A stretch of 64,000 nucleotides of DNA. Source: an uncultured virus (IMG/VR IMGVR_UViG_3300005077_000019) (Duplodnaviria; Heunggongvirae; Uroviricota; Caudoviricetes). Below, piece after piece: positions 38,429-50,342 of this stretch. The notes below the pieces were generated by a model. The model saw nothing but the letters and a program-made list of their open reading frames with translations. It was not told the DNA's origin and ran no database searches. The DNA is taken from IMG/VR virus record IMGVR_UViG_3300005077_000019. One strand, written 5' to 3'. Both the position numbers and the translations under genes were made by a program. Numbering within the stretch: the first letter of the stretch is position 1; each line of letters opens with the position of its first letter.

Positions 38429-39103
38429 ATGCTGGTAGAGCCCGAGGCTCAGGAAGAGGTCCAGGACGTTCCCCCGCCACCGCGTCGAGGTCTGGATGAG
38501 AAGGAGCAGGCACGCAAGAAGGAGCTCCAGACCAAGAAGGCCAAGGCGTACGACAAGCTCCCCAAGAAGGAAGAGGAGGAGCTGGTCGAGCTGCTGGCAG
38601 TCGAGAAGGCCGAGCACGACCGCCAGGCGGCGATCCATCGACTGACAGAGGGCGCCGACAAGTACGGCCGGAAGACCATCGGCCAGGTCCAGCGGGAGGT
38701 GACCGATCGGGTCAAGTCCTTCAACGAGGACGAGAAGACGGAGATCGCCGGCGTCATGGCGATCTACACCAAGGGCCGCAAGGACGTGGAGAAGGAGACG
38801 AAGGCGGCCATGCAGCGGATCCAGGAGCAGCACAACGAGACCATGGCCGCGCTCCAGAAGAACTACGAGAGGGACACCGAGGAGGTTCGCTCTCGGTACC
38901 GCACGCAGTACCTCGAGGCGGAGAACGAGCTGACCACTCGCGTCGAGCAGATCGCCAACCAGGTCGGCGCATTCTCGGAGGAGATCAAGAACCTCGATCT
39001 CCCGCAGCTCGAGACCCTGCTGAAGGACGGCATCCTGCCGCACAGCCCCGACCCCAACACGGAGGACTTCCTGGTGGTCCCGGGCTCGGGCAAGGAGGGA
39101 TAG
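38429..39103 (+). CDS. Coiled-coil hypothetical protein
   Basis: RBS; charged helical sequence. Confidence 0.7.
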   Translation: MLVEPEAQEEVQDVPPPPRRGLDEKEQARKKELQTKKAKAYDKLPKKEEEELVELLAVEKAEHDRQAAIHRLTEGADKYGRKTIGQVQREVTDRVKSFNEDEKTEIAGVMAIYTKGRKDVEKETKAAMQRIQEQHNETMAALQKNYERDTEEVRSRYRTQYLEAENELTTRVEQIANQVGAFSEEIKNLDLPQLETLLKDGILPHSPDPNTEDFLVVPGSGKEG

Positions 39104-39129
39104 CGCAACCAGACCAGGAAGGAGATGAG

Positions 39130-39687
39130 ATGCACTACCTACTAGCAGCGATCTTGTTCCTCGCCCCACACATCGGGCGACCCACGGCGAAGAAGTACAC
39201 TCGCATCATCAGGACCGAGGCTACCCGCGGGGACGTAGATCCGCTGCTGGTGGTGAGCTTCATCCACGTCGAGACGGTCAAGAGATGGGATCCCAGAACC
39301 AAGAGCGTGACCAACGACTATGGCCTCTGCCAGGTACATGTGGCTGCGAGAGGATCGGATCGCTTCCTTGGGCGTGAGGAGGAGCTGTACAAGCCCAAGG
39401 TCAACGTCCGGGAGTGGGTCCGTCTGGCCAACATGTGGCGCAACTACCACCGTAAGAACTGCGAGGTCTGGCATCAGATCTGTTACTCCGGTCCAGAGGG
39501 GCCATGGGGTTGTAGCAATGAGCGCATCGCCGAGTCGAGCCATCCCTGGTGGGCCCACTTGAAGTGGGGGTACAAGGTGAAGAACACCAAGCATGCGGAC
39601 AAGGTGGGCGCCCTCTACAAGTCGTTGGTCAAGCGCTTCAGATCGAATGAGACAAAGGAGGTTGCGTGTTCAGTGCCTCAGAGCTAG
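39130..39687 (+). CDS. SLT-like lytic transglycosylase
   Basis: VDPLLVVSFIHVET...DYGLCQV. Confidence 0.65.
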   Translation: MHYLLAAILFLAPHIGRPTAKKYTRIIRTEATRGDVDPLLVVSFIHVETVKRWDPRTKSVTNDYGLCQVHVAARGSDRFLGREEELYKPKVNVREWVRLANMWRNYHRKNCEVWHQICYSGPEGPWGCSNERIAESSHPWWAHLKWGYKVKNTKHADKVGALYKSLVKRFRSNETKEVACSVPQS

Positions 39688-40073
39688 GTGAGCTGAACAG
39701 GAGGGTCTCCCTCGCCGTCACCAAGATGATGGAGAAGTGGACGGAGACCTACCGCAAGAAGAACGCCAACTACGGCAACTCGTGGCTTCTCACGGGGCAG
39801 ACGTTGGCGTTGTGGTTCCCGAACGGGATCACGCTCAACACGCCGAGGAAGTTCATCGCGCTGGGGTTGGTGGTGCGCATGTTGGACAAGATCTTGCGCT
39901 ACGCCAACCTGGAGCTGACGGCGGAGACGGACAAGGTGGGTGAGAAGCCCAGTGAGTCCGCCTTCGATCTGGGGGTCTACGGATTCATGGCCGGCACCGC
40001 CAGCCTGGACGAGCAGACGATCAACACGGAAGTCTTCACCAAGGAGAGCCCGCCCAGAGAGGGTGTGGGCTAA
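39666..40073 (+). CDS. Nucleotide-modification-associated (DUF1599/MazG-like) protein
   Basis: KKNANYGNSW..RMLDKILR..DLGVY. Confidence 0.65.
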   Translation: MFSASELGELNRRVSLAVTKMMEKWTETYRKKNANYGNSWLLTGQTLALWFPNGITLNTPRKFIALGLVVRMLDKILRYANLELTAETDKVGEKPSESAFDLGVYGFMAGTASLDEQTINTEVFTKESPPREGVG

Positions 40074-40553
40074 AGACGAGGGGGAGGGCCGAGCGGCCCT
40101 CCCCCCTTCACCGTCTACGTGGTCTCGTCTCGCAGCTCGCAGCGCCTCAACACGCTCCCCTTAGCCCGGGACGTCACATGCTCGATGAACTCGCGCTCCG
40201 CGTTGAAGGGGTGTTCGGTCACGAGGTGGTTGTAGACCTCGAGACGCATGTCCTCCGTGGGCTCCTGGTTCTCGTCCAGGAGCTTCTCGCTGGACCTGCA
40301 CGGGACGGTGTAGGTCTTCTTGTCGTCCACCTGGATGGTGACGAAGGCCCCCACCTTGGGTTGCTTGATGATGGTGATACCGCCTCCGCGGCTGCTGGTC
40401 TGCCTGGGCAGGTACTTGACGGTGTGACCGATGATGCGCCCCGAGAGCAGGCTCTGCTTGTTTCCCATGTTGTTCTCCTTGTGTTAACGCCGTTTTGGGG
40501 GTCTAGGTACGATTCTTATAACTGAGCATCTTGATCTTTTTCGGAGGGCTCGA

Positions 40554-41147
40554 ATGCTGTGGATAGGGATCGATGAGGCTGGGATGGGGACCCTGGCCGG
40601 GCCGATGACGGCGGCCGTGGTTGTCATCGACAGCGAGAAGGTCCCGCCAGGCGTGCGGGACTCCAAGGCTCTCGGTGACGAGAGTCGAGAAGAGTTGGCG
40701 GCCAAGATCATGGACGTCGCGGACTACTACAAGGTGGTCACGAGGACTGCCGACAAGATCGACGAGGTGGGGATCTCCAAATGCTGGTTGGAGTCCATCA
40801 GAGAACTGGCATTTGCTGCGCGTCTGATGTGCCTCCCGGAGAAGCCGATCATGATTCTGGATGGGAATCGGCTGGTGGGTCTCTCCTACGTCAAGCCCGT
40901 GGTCAAGGCGGACGCCACCCACCTCTCTGTGGGTGCAGCGTCGATCTTGGCGAAGTACACCCAGTGCTGCTGGATGGATGACTACCACTTGGAGTACCCT
41001 AGCTATGGGTTCAACCGACACCGGGGATACCCGACTCCTGAACACGCTGCCGCTATTAGGGCGCACGGCGCTGTACGTGGATTACATCGCGTGAAGCACG
41101 TCCGTACAGTGGCTCGTAATCGTGCCTTCTCTCTTCTTTGGCGTTGA
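40554..41147 (+). CDS. rnhB: Ribonuclease HII
   Basis: GIDEAG, RDSK, KADA, AASILAK. Confidence 0.9.
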   Translation: MLWIGIDEAGMGTLAGPMTAAVVVIDSEKVPPGVRDSKALGDESREELAAKIMDVADYYKVVTRTADKIDEVGISKCWLESIRELAFAARLMCLPEKPIMILDGNRLVGLSYVKPVVKADATHLSVGAASILAKYTQCCWMDDYHLEYPSYGFNRHRGYPTPEHAAAIRAHGAVRGLHRVKHVRTVARNRAFSLLWR

Positions 41148-41179
41148 TTGCGGTATTCGTGGTATGGTACGTCTGCGTA

Positions 41180-41872
41180 ATGAGCAAATGCCGCCTTCTG
41201 TCACACACAGAAGCCGCCTACATGGCTGGATTGATCGATGGGGAGGGGTGCATAACCTCGATCATTAAGCCGAGAAGCAACAGTTCCTGTCGAACGTTGT
41301 ATCCAATTCTCACCATAGCGAATACTTGCCGTGCTGTGCTCGATTGGTCTCTGGAGATCACTGAAGTCGGTGGAATCCACGCGTCCAGCATGACAGGACG
41401 GAAGAAGAAATGCTGGAGACATGTGGTTGAGGATCAAGAAGCGTTGGAGAGCCTCTTGACACAGGTCAAACCCTACATGATCATTAAGCAGACGCAGGCG
41501 ATTCTGGCTCTCGAATTTCTGCATTCGCGACTAAATCGGGCTAATAGAGCCGCTTTCAGTGAGAGGGAAATCGAGATCCTATTTGATCTTAGGGTAGCCA
41601 ACGCGCACAATAGCAAATCGAGAGTATTTGTGTACAACAAGCGCCCCTACACTCTGGTGCAGTTCAAGAAGCTGGTATTAAGCAGTCGTCAGAACCCCAA
41701 CTACTGGGTTGTTGAGTGGACGCCAGAAATGGACGGTCTGCTTGGGACGGATTCCGATCGGGCCATCGCCGAAAGATTGGGGCTTAAACTCGCGGCCGTC
41801 CAAAGGCGTCGCTTCTCCTTGCGCATTAGGCCTTGCAAGGCTACCAGAATGAAAGAAGCACGATACTGTTAG
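41180..41872 (+). CDS. LAGLIDADG homing endonuclease
   Basis: [11 protein letters not shown]; lower GC than flanks. Confidence 0.85.
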   Translation: MSKCRLLSHTEAAYMAGLIDGEGCITSIIKPRSNSSCRTLYPILTIANTCRAVLDWSLEITEVGGIHASSMTGRKKKCWRHVVEDQEALESLLTQVKPYMIIKQTQAILALEFLHSRLNRANRAAFSEREIEILFDLRVANAHNSKSRVFVYNKRPYTLVQFKKLVLSSRQNPNYWVVEWTPEMDGLLGTDSDRAIAERLGLKLAAVQRRRFSLRIRPCKATRMKEARYC

Positions 41873-41873
41873 A

Positions 41874-41972
41874 TATGGAACGGCCGATCACCTGCGGGCA
41901 CTGAAGGAGCTGGGACCATGCCCAATTCACCGAAGAAGCTACAAGCCGGTCAAGAGAGCACTCCGCTCGTGA
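41874..41972 (+). pseudogene. Displaced original 3' end of rnhB
   Basis: Translates [32 protein letters not shown]. Confidence 0.8.
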
Positions 41973-43442
41973 CCATGTGGTTCGAGACGACTCTGGGTGT
42001 CCGGTACGAGATGCCGGACATGATGGAGCACCACGTGGACGATGCGCACAGGAATCTCGACCAGGCCGATCTCAGCCAGTACGTTCATGTCCGAAACGTG
42101 AGCGACGCCATCTACATGATCCCCAAGCGCATCATCCAGAAGTCGGGTGTTGGGGATCGCTGCTTCTGGGAGAAGCAGTGAAGTCTCGCTATCAAACGAC
42201 ATGCACGAACTGCAATGCTCCCCTACCGAAGCAGTTCGTGTTCCAGGGCGTGGTGATCTGTGAGAAGTGCCACAAGATCGTCAGCCATCTGGTCCAACGC
42301 GCGAGGAAGGAGCTAGAGATGTTCTTCCTCACGTACACCGACATGCTGCGGGTGGCGTTGCTCAAGGGCGAGATGAACTTCCCCGTCTTGCCCAAGACCA
42401 AGCGCATGCCCGGCAACGAGATGCAGAGAGCCATCTACGAGATGTTGTCCAAGATGGGAGCAGGTGATGAAGCTGAACGATCCGCGCCCAACAGCGAGGG
42501 TGCGCTGCCCGAGCTGCAGGGCGACCAGACCCGTGCCGATGGAGAAGTACCAACTGGGGGACATCTTGCAGCCGTTCCCGGGTGGGGGGAACTACGGGAG
42601 ATGCCTGCGATGCAAGAGGAGCGGCCTCGAGGTGATCGAGATCCCGAAGGAGGAGCCGATCCCGCCTGTGGGGTGGAAGGAGATACCCGATGAGTGACCT
42701 ACCGCGCGCACTGATCACGATCTGGAATCGTGGGGAGCAAGTAGCCCACGCAGATCACTGCGGACCCATCATCCTGGGCGAGACGGGCGAGTGGCCGGGG
42801 ATCGCCAGGCTGAACTGCTACTACTTCTCCATCCTGAACTTGGAGCCGCCGGTCGTCTTCGAGCATCTGTCGGGGAGGGCGCTGACGCACTACCTGGATC
42901 GCTGCTCCCTCAAGTTCAACGAGGACGAGGTATCGGATCTCCGCTACGTTCATGGCCGGAGCGAGGCCATGAAGGGTAGGCACAAGGTGGCCGCTGTCTT
43001 GCTCGCCAAGGTGCATGCCGAGAGGGAGTTGCCAGACGTGGTCTGGCTCTCCTACCTGCCAGCCATCTACGGGGATTTCTTGACCAAGTACACGGCGGAC
43101 ACGAAAACCGCTTGACTTGGACATACAACGTATGTACTGATGGACTGGTCAACCACTGATCAGTCTTTAGCCCATGAACAGAGTCAACCAGTCAGAATCC
43201 GTACTTCCCCCGCCGAAGCAGTTCCTCACCGAAGAGCAGCTCGAGGAGATCTGGGAAGCTCGAGGTCTGAAGTACCGGATCGACGAGTTCCATGTCGCCT
43301 TGCTGTCCAGGGGTCTGGGTCCGTACATCGATCGTCCGAAGTTCCGGAAGATGATGCACGACATCCTCAGTCAGTTCTTCGTGCTTGGTGAGGCACGTCG
43401 ACAGCCGGCACACGAAGTGCGGACGCGCTTCCCAAGGGTGAG

Positions 43443-45019
43443 ATGATGCCGAAGGATACGACGCAGTTCAACAAGTCCCCCGAGGAGTTGCTACAGAACC
43501 GCGAGCTCACTCCGGAGCAGCAAGCCGCCAAGGCGCGGATGGATCGGATGAAGGCTCAGCGGGTTCCGCTCGGTGGGGCACCTCCGGTCAAGATCCCTCC
43601 CCTGGATGCCTCACCGATCGAGGGTGGGGGCTCCATGGCGCAGCAGGCGGAGATCTTGCAGGATCCCTCCAGCCCGCTCAGTCCGGCGTACAACCCGGAG
43701 CTGGCCATGATGGCCAACCAGCAGAAGCCGCTCACGCCGGACCAGATGGCGCGTCTCGCAGCGGGTCACGGTGTTCCAGGTCTGCGGATGGACCCGGATG
43801 GGCGTGTCCGTCAGGGCGTGACGGACAGCGGTGGGCCTTTCGCTGTCCTTCCCCAGGAGGCCACCAAAGATCCCCGGTTCCGTCCGGGCGTGGGTGCCAT
43901 GTACGCGGGCAACCAACCGGGGATCGCCCGTCAACCGGCGGTGCCGGCTGGGCAGCAGGATGGCTACAAGCCGGCCCTCAGCGAGGAGACCAGGCGGAGC
44001 ATGGACGCGCTGGCCAACTTCCAGGCCCAGGCTGAGGGCAAGCAGGTCGCCAGCAAGACCGATGCTGAGGCGAAGGCCAAGGAGGACATCGAGGCCGAGA
44101 CGACCATGCAGAAGGAGCTCCGGGAGTTCCTCAACAACGACTACCAGTGGAACCTGCTCAACAACCCGGAGCGGAAGAAGAAGATCGCCTCCCGGCTCAA
44201 GCCGATGAACATCACCGACATCATCCTCCACGGAGAGATCCGCCAGGACGTGCCGATCGACCCGGAGAAGCTGATCGTCACCTACCGCTCCGTGACCGGT
44301 GAGGAGGACCTCTGCGTCAAGCGGATGATGGGGTCCGAGTCTGGCCCCGATCGCTACCTGCTGGACAAGTTCACGCTCATGCAGTTGTCCCTGGCCGTTG
44401 TGGCGCTCAATGGCCAGGAGCTGCCGACGCACACCAAGGACGGCAAGTTCAACGAGGAGAAGTTCCTCGCCAAGTTCGAGAAGATGCTGAAGTTCCCCAT
44501 CCAGTTCCTCGCAGATCTGGGGATCCAGTACCTCTGGTTCGACGAGCGCGTCCGTGATCTGTTCGTCGGGAGCACGGAAGAACTAAAAAATGGCTAGAGA
44601 CTCCTCTGGGCTGGGCTCGGGCAAACCTCGTCTACGACACGTTGCCAGAGCCCCCCGCGCCGGGCACCCCGATGGAGTCTCTGATGATGATGGTCTGGCG
44701 CATGCGGCAGGATGTGGAGCTCCACAAGACGCGGGCTCTCATCCAGGCCATGATCGCAGCGGCATCGGAGGGAGAAGACGGCAACAAGAACATGCACGCG
44801 GCGTGGGCGGACTACATGGAGGAGCTGTTCCCGTTCAAGCGCGGGCTGAAGAGGCACGCTGATCAGGCGGCCATCGACTACCTCAAGCAGGAGGTCGCCC
44901 GGGGGCCGCTGAAGATCACCCCGCTCCAGCCGCTTGGTAGAGCACAAAGCCGCATGAAGAAGCGGCAAGCCGAGGTGGAGGCCATGAAGCTGAGACGGCC
45001 CAAGGGAAGAAGACGATGA
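43443..45019 (+). CDS. Putative tail assembly chaperone pair with -1 frameshift (43443-44597; extension to 45019)
   Basis: A AAA AAT at 44585-44591 before the stop; -1 frame open to 45019. Confidence 0.6.
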
Positions 45020-47511
45020 GCGCGCTCGTCATGCAGGTCTGCCCCGAGTGCGGGTCAGGCAAGCTCGAGATGGGTGCCGTGGTCTCGTCGGACATGGCCG
45101 TGAAGTGCCTGTCCTGTGGGTGGACGGGAGTCCATGGCGACCTGATGACCACGATGGCCGACGCGTCCAAGATGATGGAGAAGTCGCAAGAGGTGATCGG
45201 GTCCCCAGACCTGGCGCTGGGGATCGCTCAGGAAGTCGCCAAGGTCTACCTCTTGCTGCTCTCCAAGATGGCGGCACAGCCGATCGGGTTGGCGATGATC
45301 CAGGCGGGGATCATTGGCAAGGAGCAACCGAAGGAACTCACCCGCTTGATCCGTGCTGCCTGCCTGGCGGCTCACAAGGCGACACTGGAGGAGGTTGAGC
45401 TCATCCAGAAGGAGCTACAGGATGCCCGACGAACCAACGACAACTGAGAACCCCTTCATCGAGCGCCCGGACGAGCATGCCGTGGGAGAGGCAGATGAGT
45501 TGTACTGCTGGATGCCCGGCAACGACAACCGGGAGTGCAACGGGAGTTGCGTCGCGTTCGAGTCTGCGGCTCTGCGCACGGACAGGGCGGACACCTGCAA
45601 GGTGCTCAACGCGTTGCGCTCCATCGCGATGTCGTTCGGCGTCCAGACCAGGATCTCCAAGGCCATGCAAACCCGACAAGAGGTGAGCGAGCGGAAGAAG
45701 GCTGCGGACGCGTTGCCGAAGCCTCCGGAGGTGAGATGATGCAGATCGTCAACTTCGGCGAGATGGTCGACGTGGCCCAGCGGAGGATCACGCACCAACT
45801 GCTGATCAGGACTGCGGATGGCCAGCAGCATTCCGTGACCACGGATGAGCGAACGGTTCAGCAGCTCCTGCAGATCTTGACCGGGGGTGGTGGGGAAGAG
45901 CGGCCGGTCGGCACCGAGGTCATGGCCGATTCCCCCTATCCACTGCCGCCCTCGACCGGGGAGCTGTCCGGCGTGGAGCTGCGCAGGAACGACCCAGAGG
46001 AGGATGACCTCGCGGAGATCTTCGGCGGCGATGTCGATCCCGGAGAGCAGGCCCCGGAGCCCGTCATGGGTGTCATCGCGGAGGACCGCGTGGCCGATGT
46101 GCCGGATGAGCCTCGAGGACTCGGCGCCCGAAGAGCGCCCCCAGAGGAGAGACCGCCGGCGCCGAGACCGGTTCGTGTGGATGCCGATGGCTTCGCTCTG
46201 CCGATCCCGTCCAGGACGGTTCCGAAGGATGAGATGGGGTACCCCATCGTGACGAAGAACAAGAACGTCCCGGTGTTGCCGGATGACGGAGGGGACGACG
46301 GGACGCAGATATGAGGACCTTCGCGTGTGATAGCTGCCTCCAGATTGTGCGTGTACAGGGCGACCTGGAGCAGATCGACACGCTCATCCTCAAGCACCAG
46401 ATGTGGCAGGAGGGCTGGCCTTGTGTGCGAACTGGGTGTCCGGGTCCTCTGCGTCTGCTGAAGGGGGAGCTCCTGATGTCGGTGGCGGAGGTGGTGGAGC
46501 CTGGCCTCCTGCAGTGCATGGAGCTGACCCCGGAGGAGATGTTCCGTGCTTTGTGTGGCTACGGTACGCCGGAGGAGCTTGGTTGCGCTCCCGAGGTCGT
46601 TACCGCACTACTGAAGAGCACGTCGATCTCCAATGCAGCTACCCGGAGATCACCATCTGGCCGGACGATCCTTGATCGACTGGATCTGAACAACGGGACA
46701 TCGCTACACCTGGCCGCCAGTCCCAATGGGGCGGTCGTATTCAAGGTGACGAGGAGACACGATGAACAAGAGCTGGACCATGATCACTGTGGGCTACACC
46801 CGAATCCCGCAGGAGGTCACGTACAGGGTGAAGTTCAATGTGGACCTCGTGAAGCAGTCCGACGCCGCAGACGGGTCGTCACAGGAAGAGGGTTTGTCCC
46901 GGAAGAACAGATCGTCGGCAACGATGGAGGAGATCATCGAGGAGCTGCACAAGATGCTGCAGAGGTTCCCGGAGGCGAAGGTCACGATGATCCAGGAGCC
47001 CACGATGCCCCTGCAGTACAGCAAGAGGTCGAGGGGCCACGAGTTGGATCAGCCCACGGTGGACCTGATTCGTACGAACGCGGAGAAGGCCAAGGAGTTG
47101 TTTCAACCGATCCTGCGGACGGTGGAGGTTAGGCCGCCGAGGGTCGCCATACAGCCTGCGAAGGAGAAATGACGATGGCAACGAACCAGAGGAGCCGGCT
47201 GAACTACCAGCCCGGCATGGGCAACGAGGGCATCAAGACGGTCCACAAGGTGGTCCCGGTGGAGCTCTACCTCGCCGCCGGGCTGACGGACGGCGAGGGC
47301 AAGACGGAGAATCGTCTGATGCTCCGCTTCCCGGGGAACAAGCAGTTCTTCTTCCTCTTCCCGAAGGGCACCGAGGCTGCCATGAAGCCGGCGGCGGGGT
47401 GGCTCCAGGAGATCTTGGAGCGCGAGGTGGGCAACGCCATGCTGCGGGACGAGCCCATCCCCGAGGATCCCGTCACCGACGTTCCGGTCGGTGATCCACT
47501 GGAGGGCTGAC

Positions 47512-47859
47512 ATGAGCCGGCGGCTGAGACTGATGAACGACAGGATCTTGCTTCGGCTCGATCCCGAGAGCAACAAGGTGGCGTCCGGGTTGCTCTTCAA
47601 GCCCGACGACGCCCACGAGTCCATCCTCCGCACGGGGGAGGTCATCGATGTCGGCCCTGGCCGGTGGGCCGACAAGGGAGATCAGCGCATCCCGGTGGGG
47701 GTGGAGATCGGGGAAGGCGTCCTCTTCATCAAGTTCGTGGCCACGAGCACGAAGACGGCGGAGTCCCTGCAGGCTCATCTCGCCAAGGATGAGGCGTTGA
47801 TCACCCCCAACGACGTCCTGCTGGTCTACGACCGGAAGGATCCACCGAGGTTCGCATGA
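47512..47859 (+). CDS. groES: Co-chaperonin GroES
   Basis: LRLMNDRILL..ASGLL..GEVIDVGPG..VEIGEGVLF. Confidence 0.85.
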   Translation: MSRRLRLMNDRILLRLDPESNKVASGLLFKPDDAHESILRTGEVIDVGPGRWADKGDQRIPVGVEIGEGVLFIKFVATSTKTAESLQAHLAKDEALITPNDVLLVYDRKDPPRFA

Positions 47860-48114
47860 GAGTACTGCAAGTAGCCGATGACGGGGCCATCGAGCTCAGG
47901 TGGATGTGGCTCCCCACGTTCATCGGGCAGAACTACATGGTGCTCAAGGAGCTGGGGGAGGCCTGGAAGGAAGCCTTCCCAGCGGGCGTCAGGTCGGACG
48001 ATGCTGGACTTGACGCCTTGCACGACTTCACGATCGCGTGGCTCGGCAAGAAGTTCCCGATCCCCGGTCTGCAGTCGTACCTCGAGGCCATCAAGCACGT
48101 CCAGGAGGAGTGAG

Positions 48115-49227
48115 ATGCTATTCAGCAGGCAGACGGCCAAGGAGTTCTTCGATGCCTGGCGCCAAGCGTCAGTGGCAATCATGGACTACTACGGCCTTCC
48201 CAACGGGCCCGGGTTCAAGACCCGCCCCTGGAAGCATGGCAACGCCGTCGGAGTGACGGAGCACTTCACCGCGGGGCCGGCCTGGAAAGGGACGGTCAAG
48301 TGGCTCAATGGTCAGGACAACAAGGCGGCCTCCTGCCACGCACTCATCCTGGACCGGCGCATCGCGGAGATCGACGACATCTGGTCTCAGTACCCGATCC
48401 TCCAGCAGATCCCCGTCACCGCGTTGCTGCTGGCAGATCCCTCCAAGGGCACCTGGCACGCGGGCTGGGTCAACGCCCTGAACTTCGGCATCGAGAACCG
48501 CAACGCCGGCGTGCTCCGCGGGCAGCAGGAGGCGTGGACCTGGTGGGCGAAGGGCTGGAAGGCTCCATTCCCCCACCAGGAGCTGGGCAAGACGCCGATC
48601 AATCTCGACGGCAAGTGGTGGGAGCCCTACACCGTGGGGCAGATCACCGCCAACGTCATCGTCTGCCAGATGCTCGCCTGCCTCTACCAGGGCGCGGAGC
48701 ATCAGCTCGACTCCCGGTGGTTCCTCCCGCACTCCGCCACGGAGGGGACGAAGTGGGATACGGGTCGGGCCTTCCCTCTCGACGCTGTTCGAGAGGCAGT
48801 CTTCGAGCAGATCCCCGTGGAGGACCTGGGCTGGCTTCAGAGTTTCAAGGCCGACCCCATGTACATGGACGACTACGACGAGGAGGAGGACGAGGAGTTC
48901 CTGGCAGAGCTGGCCGCGCGTCAAGGCACTCGGGATGAGGAGGAGCCGGAGGGAGCGGACGACGCGGTGCCGGACGCGGACCTCCAGGCGCTCGTGCAGG
49001 ACGGCAACTGGAAGCTCGAGCTCCCGTCTGTTCGTCGGGCGCTGAACCTCCTGGGGTACCAGATCGGACACCAGAGTCTGCATGGTTTCGAGCTGGACCC
49101 TGACACCGCCTTGGCCGTCTACCAGTTCCAGGTCTCGATGAAGCTGAAGGCGGACAAGATCCCGGGCGAGAAGACCCAGAAGGCGCTGATGCAGCGCCTC
49201 AAGGACTTCGGGCTCCAGAGCAGGTGA
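48115..49227 (+). CDS. N-acetylmuramoyl-L-alanine amidase (Amidase_2) with C-terminal peptidoglycan-binding domain; endolysin
   Basis: HFTAG, SCH, WHAG, GIE, H..KWD; AVYQFQ..LKADKIPGEKT. Confidence 0.85.
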   Translation: MLFSRQTAKEFFDAWRQASVAIMDYYGLPNGPGFKTRPWKHGNAVGVTEHFTAGPAWKGTVKWLNGQDNKAASCHALILDRRIAEIDDIWSQYPILQQIPVTALLLADPSKGTWHAGWVNALNFGIENRNAGVLRGQQEAWTWWAKGWKAPFPHQELGKTPINLDGKWWEPYTVGQITANVIVCQMLACLYQGAEHQLDSRWFLPHSATEGTKWDTGRAFPLDAVREAVFEQIPVEDLGWLQSFKADPMYMDDYDEEEDEEFLAELAARQGTRDEEEPEGADDAVPDADLQALVQDGNWKLELPSVRRALNLLGYQIGHQSLHGFELDPDTALAVYQFQVSMKLKADKIPGEKTQKALMQRLKDFGLQSR

Positions 49228-49230
49228 CAC

Positions 49231-50151
49231 ATGGGTACGTCAGCACTTGATCGGTGGTTTGAGGAAGAGCGGAAGTTGTACGGCAAGGCCGAGTACCGCT
49301 TCAAGGAGGACCACTTCCACGAGAAGGTGATCGCCTTCTACATCCGCCCATTCAACCCGACGTACCTCTACCAGTACACCACGACGGAGTATCCCCACAC
49401 GTACTTTCCTGGGAGGAAGAAGGGCGATGAAGAGAGCATGCTCGCCACCGAGTTTCACGAGAACGTCCATAAGTGGGACCGCTGGAAGCAGGGGTTCCGC
49501 TTCACGCTCGGCTACGGGTTTCCTCAGATCGCTGCGATCCCGTTCATCCTCGCTGTTGTGGGGCTCTCTGGCCCGTGGGGCTGGGCTGGCTTTGGGCTTC
49601 TGCTTGCCCTCTTCCATGCGGGCCTGGGTATCCTCGCTGCCTCTGCTGGCAAGGGTGCTCCGGACGATGACTATCGTGGGGCAATTCCAAGTCGAGCTGC
49701 CAGGGTCGCCTTCTTCGTCCTCACGATCGCGGGAGGGCTCGCATGCCTCGCCGGAACGATCATCGGAGGCGGCCTTCTGTCGCTACTTTGGCTTGGGGCC
49801 GCTCTGTTCCTCTCTCCGTGGCCGATCAAGGCACGGTGGAGACGGGATGCCGAACTGAGGGGCTACACGGCCTCTCTCTACCGGATCTGGCTCAAGTACA
49901 AGAGCGACTGGAACGCGGAGTGGTACGAGGACACGCTGAAGGGGATGGTCAGGAACTTCACCGGGCCGGCCTACTTCTACATGGAGCGCAATGGCCAGTA
50001 CGTGATGGATGAGTTTCGGTGGCAGGTCGCCCGCTTCAAGCTCACCGAAGCGGACTTCTTGCAGAACTGGGCTTGGTCGCGCAAGCCGGGCTGGAGCAGT
50101 CAGGAGCAGGCAGAGCCCTTCCGCATGATCTCTAGCTTCGTGAAGGGATGA
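49231..50151 (+). CDS. Multi-pass membrane protein with HExxH motif
   Basis: FHENVH, ELRGY, four TM segments. Confidence 0.6.
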   Translation: MGTSALDRWFEEERKLYGKAEYRFKEDHFHEKVIAFYIRPFNPTYLYQYTTTEYPHTYFPGRKKGDEESMLATEFHENVHKWDRWKQGFRFTLGYGFPQIAAIPFILAVVGLSGPWGWAGFGLLLALFHAGLGILAASAGKGAPDDDYRGAIPSRAARVAFFVLTIAGGLACLAGTIIGGGLLSLLWLGAALFLSPWPIKARWRRDAELRGYTASLYRIWLKYKSDWNAEWYEDTLKGMVRNFTGPAYFYMERNGQYVMDEFRWQVARFKLTEADFLQNWAWSRKPGWSSQEQAEPFRMISSFVKG

Positions 50152-50342
50152 TCATGGCCAAAAGCAACGGTCTTACGGTCAAGGCGCGGTTGAACCTGAA
50201 GATCGACGAAGATCTGAAGAGGTGGGCGCTCAAGTTCGCCAAGGATCGCGGCATGACTGTGACCGATCTCATCGTCACGTACTTCCTCCACCTGCGGGAG
50301 GAGGACAGGCGAGCAGAACAAGAGATGGTGGAGCAGATCTGA
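50148..50342 (+). CDS. Ribbon-helix-helix DNA-binding protein
   Basis: RLNLKIDEDLKR..AKDRGMTVTDLI. Confidence 0.75.
   Translation: MIMAKSNGLTVKARLNLKIDEDLKRWALKFAKDRGMTVTDLIVTYFLHLREEDRRAEQEMVEQI

Noticed and set aside
41147..41873. Group I intron in rnhB
   Set aside because: No non-coding room for a ribozyme core, and the junction lacks the 5' exon U
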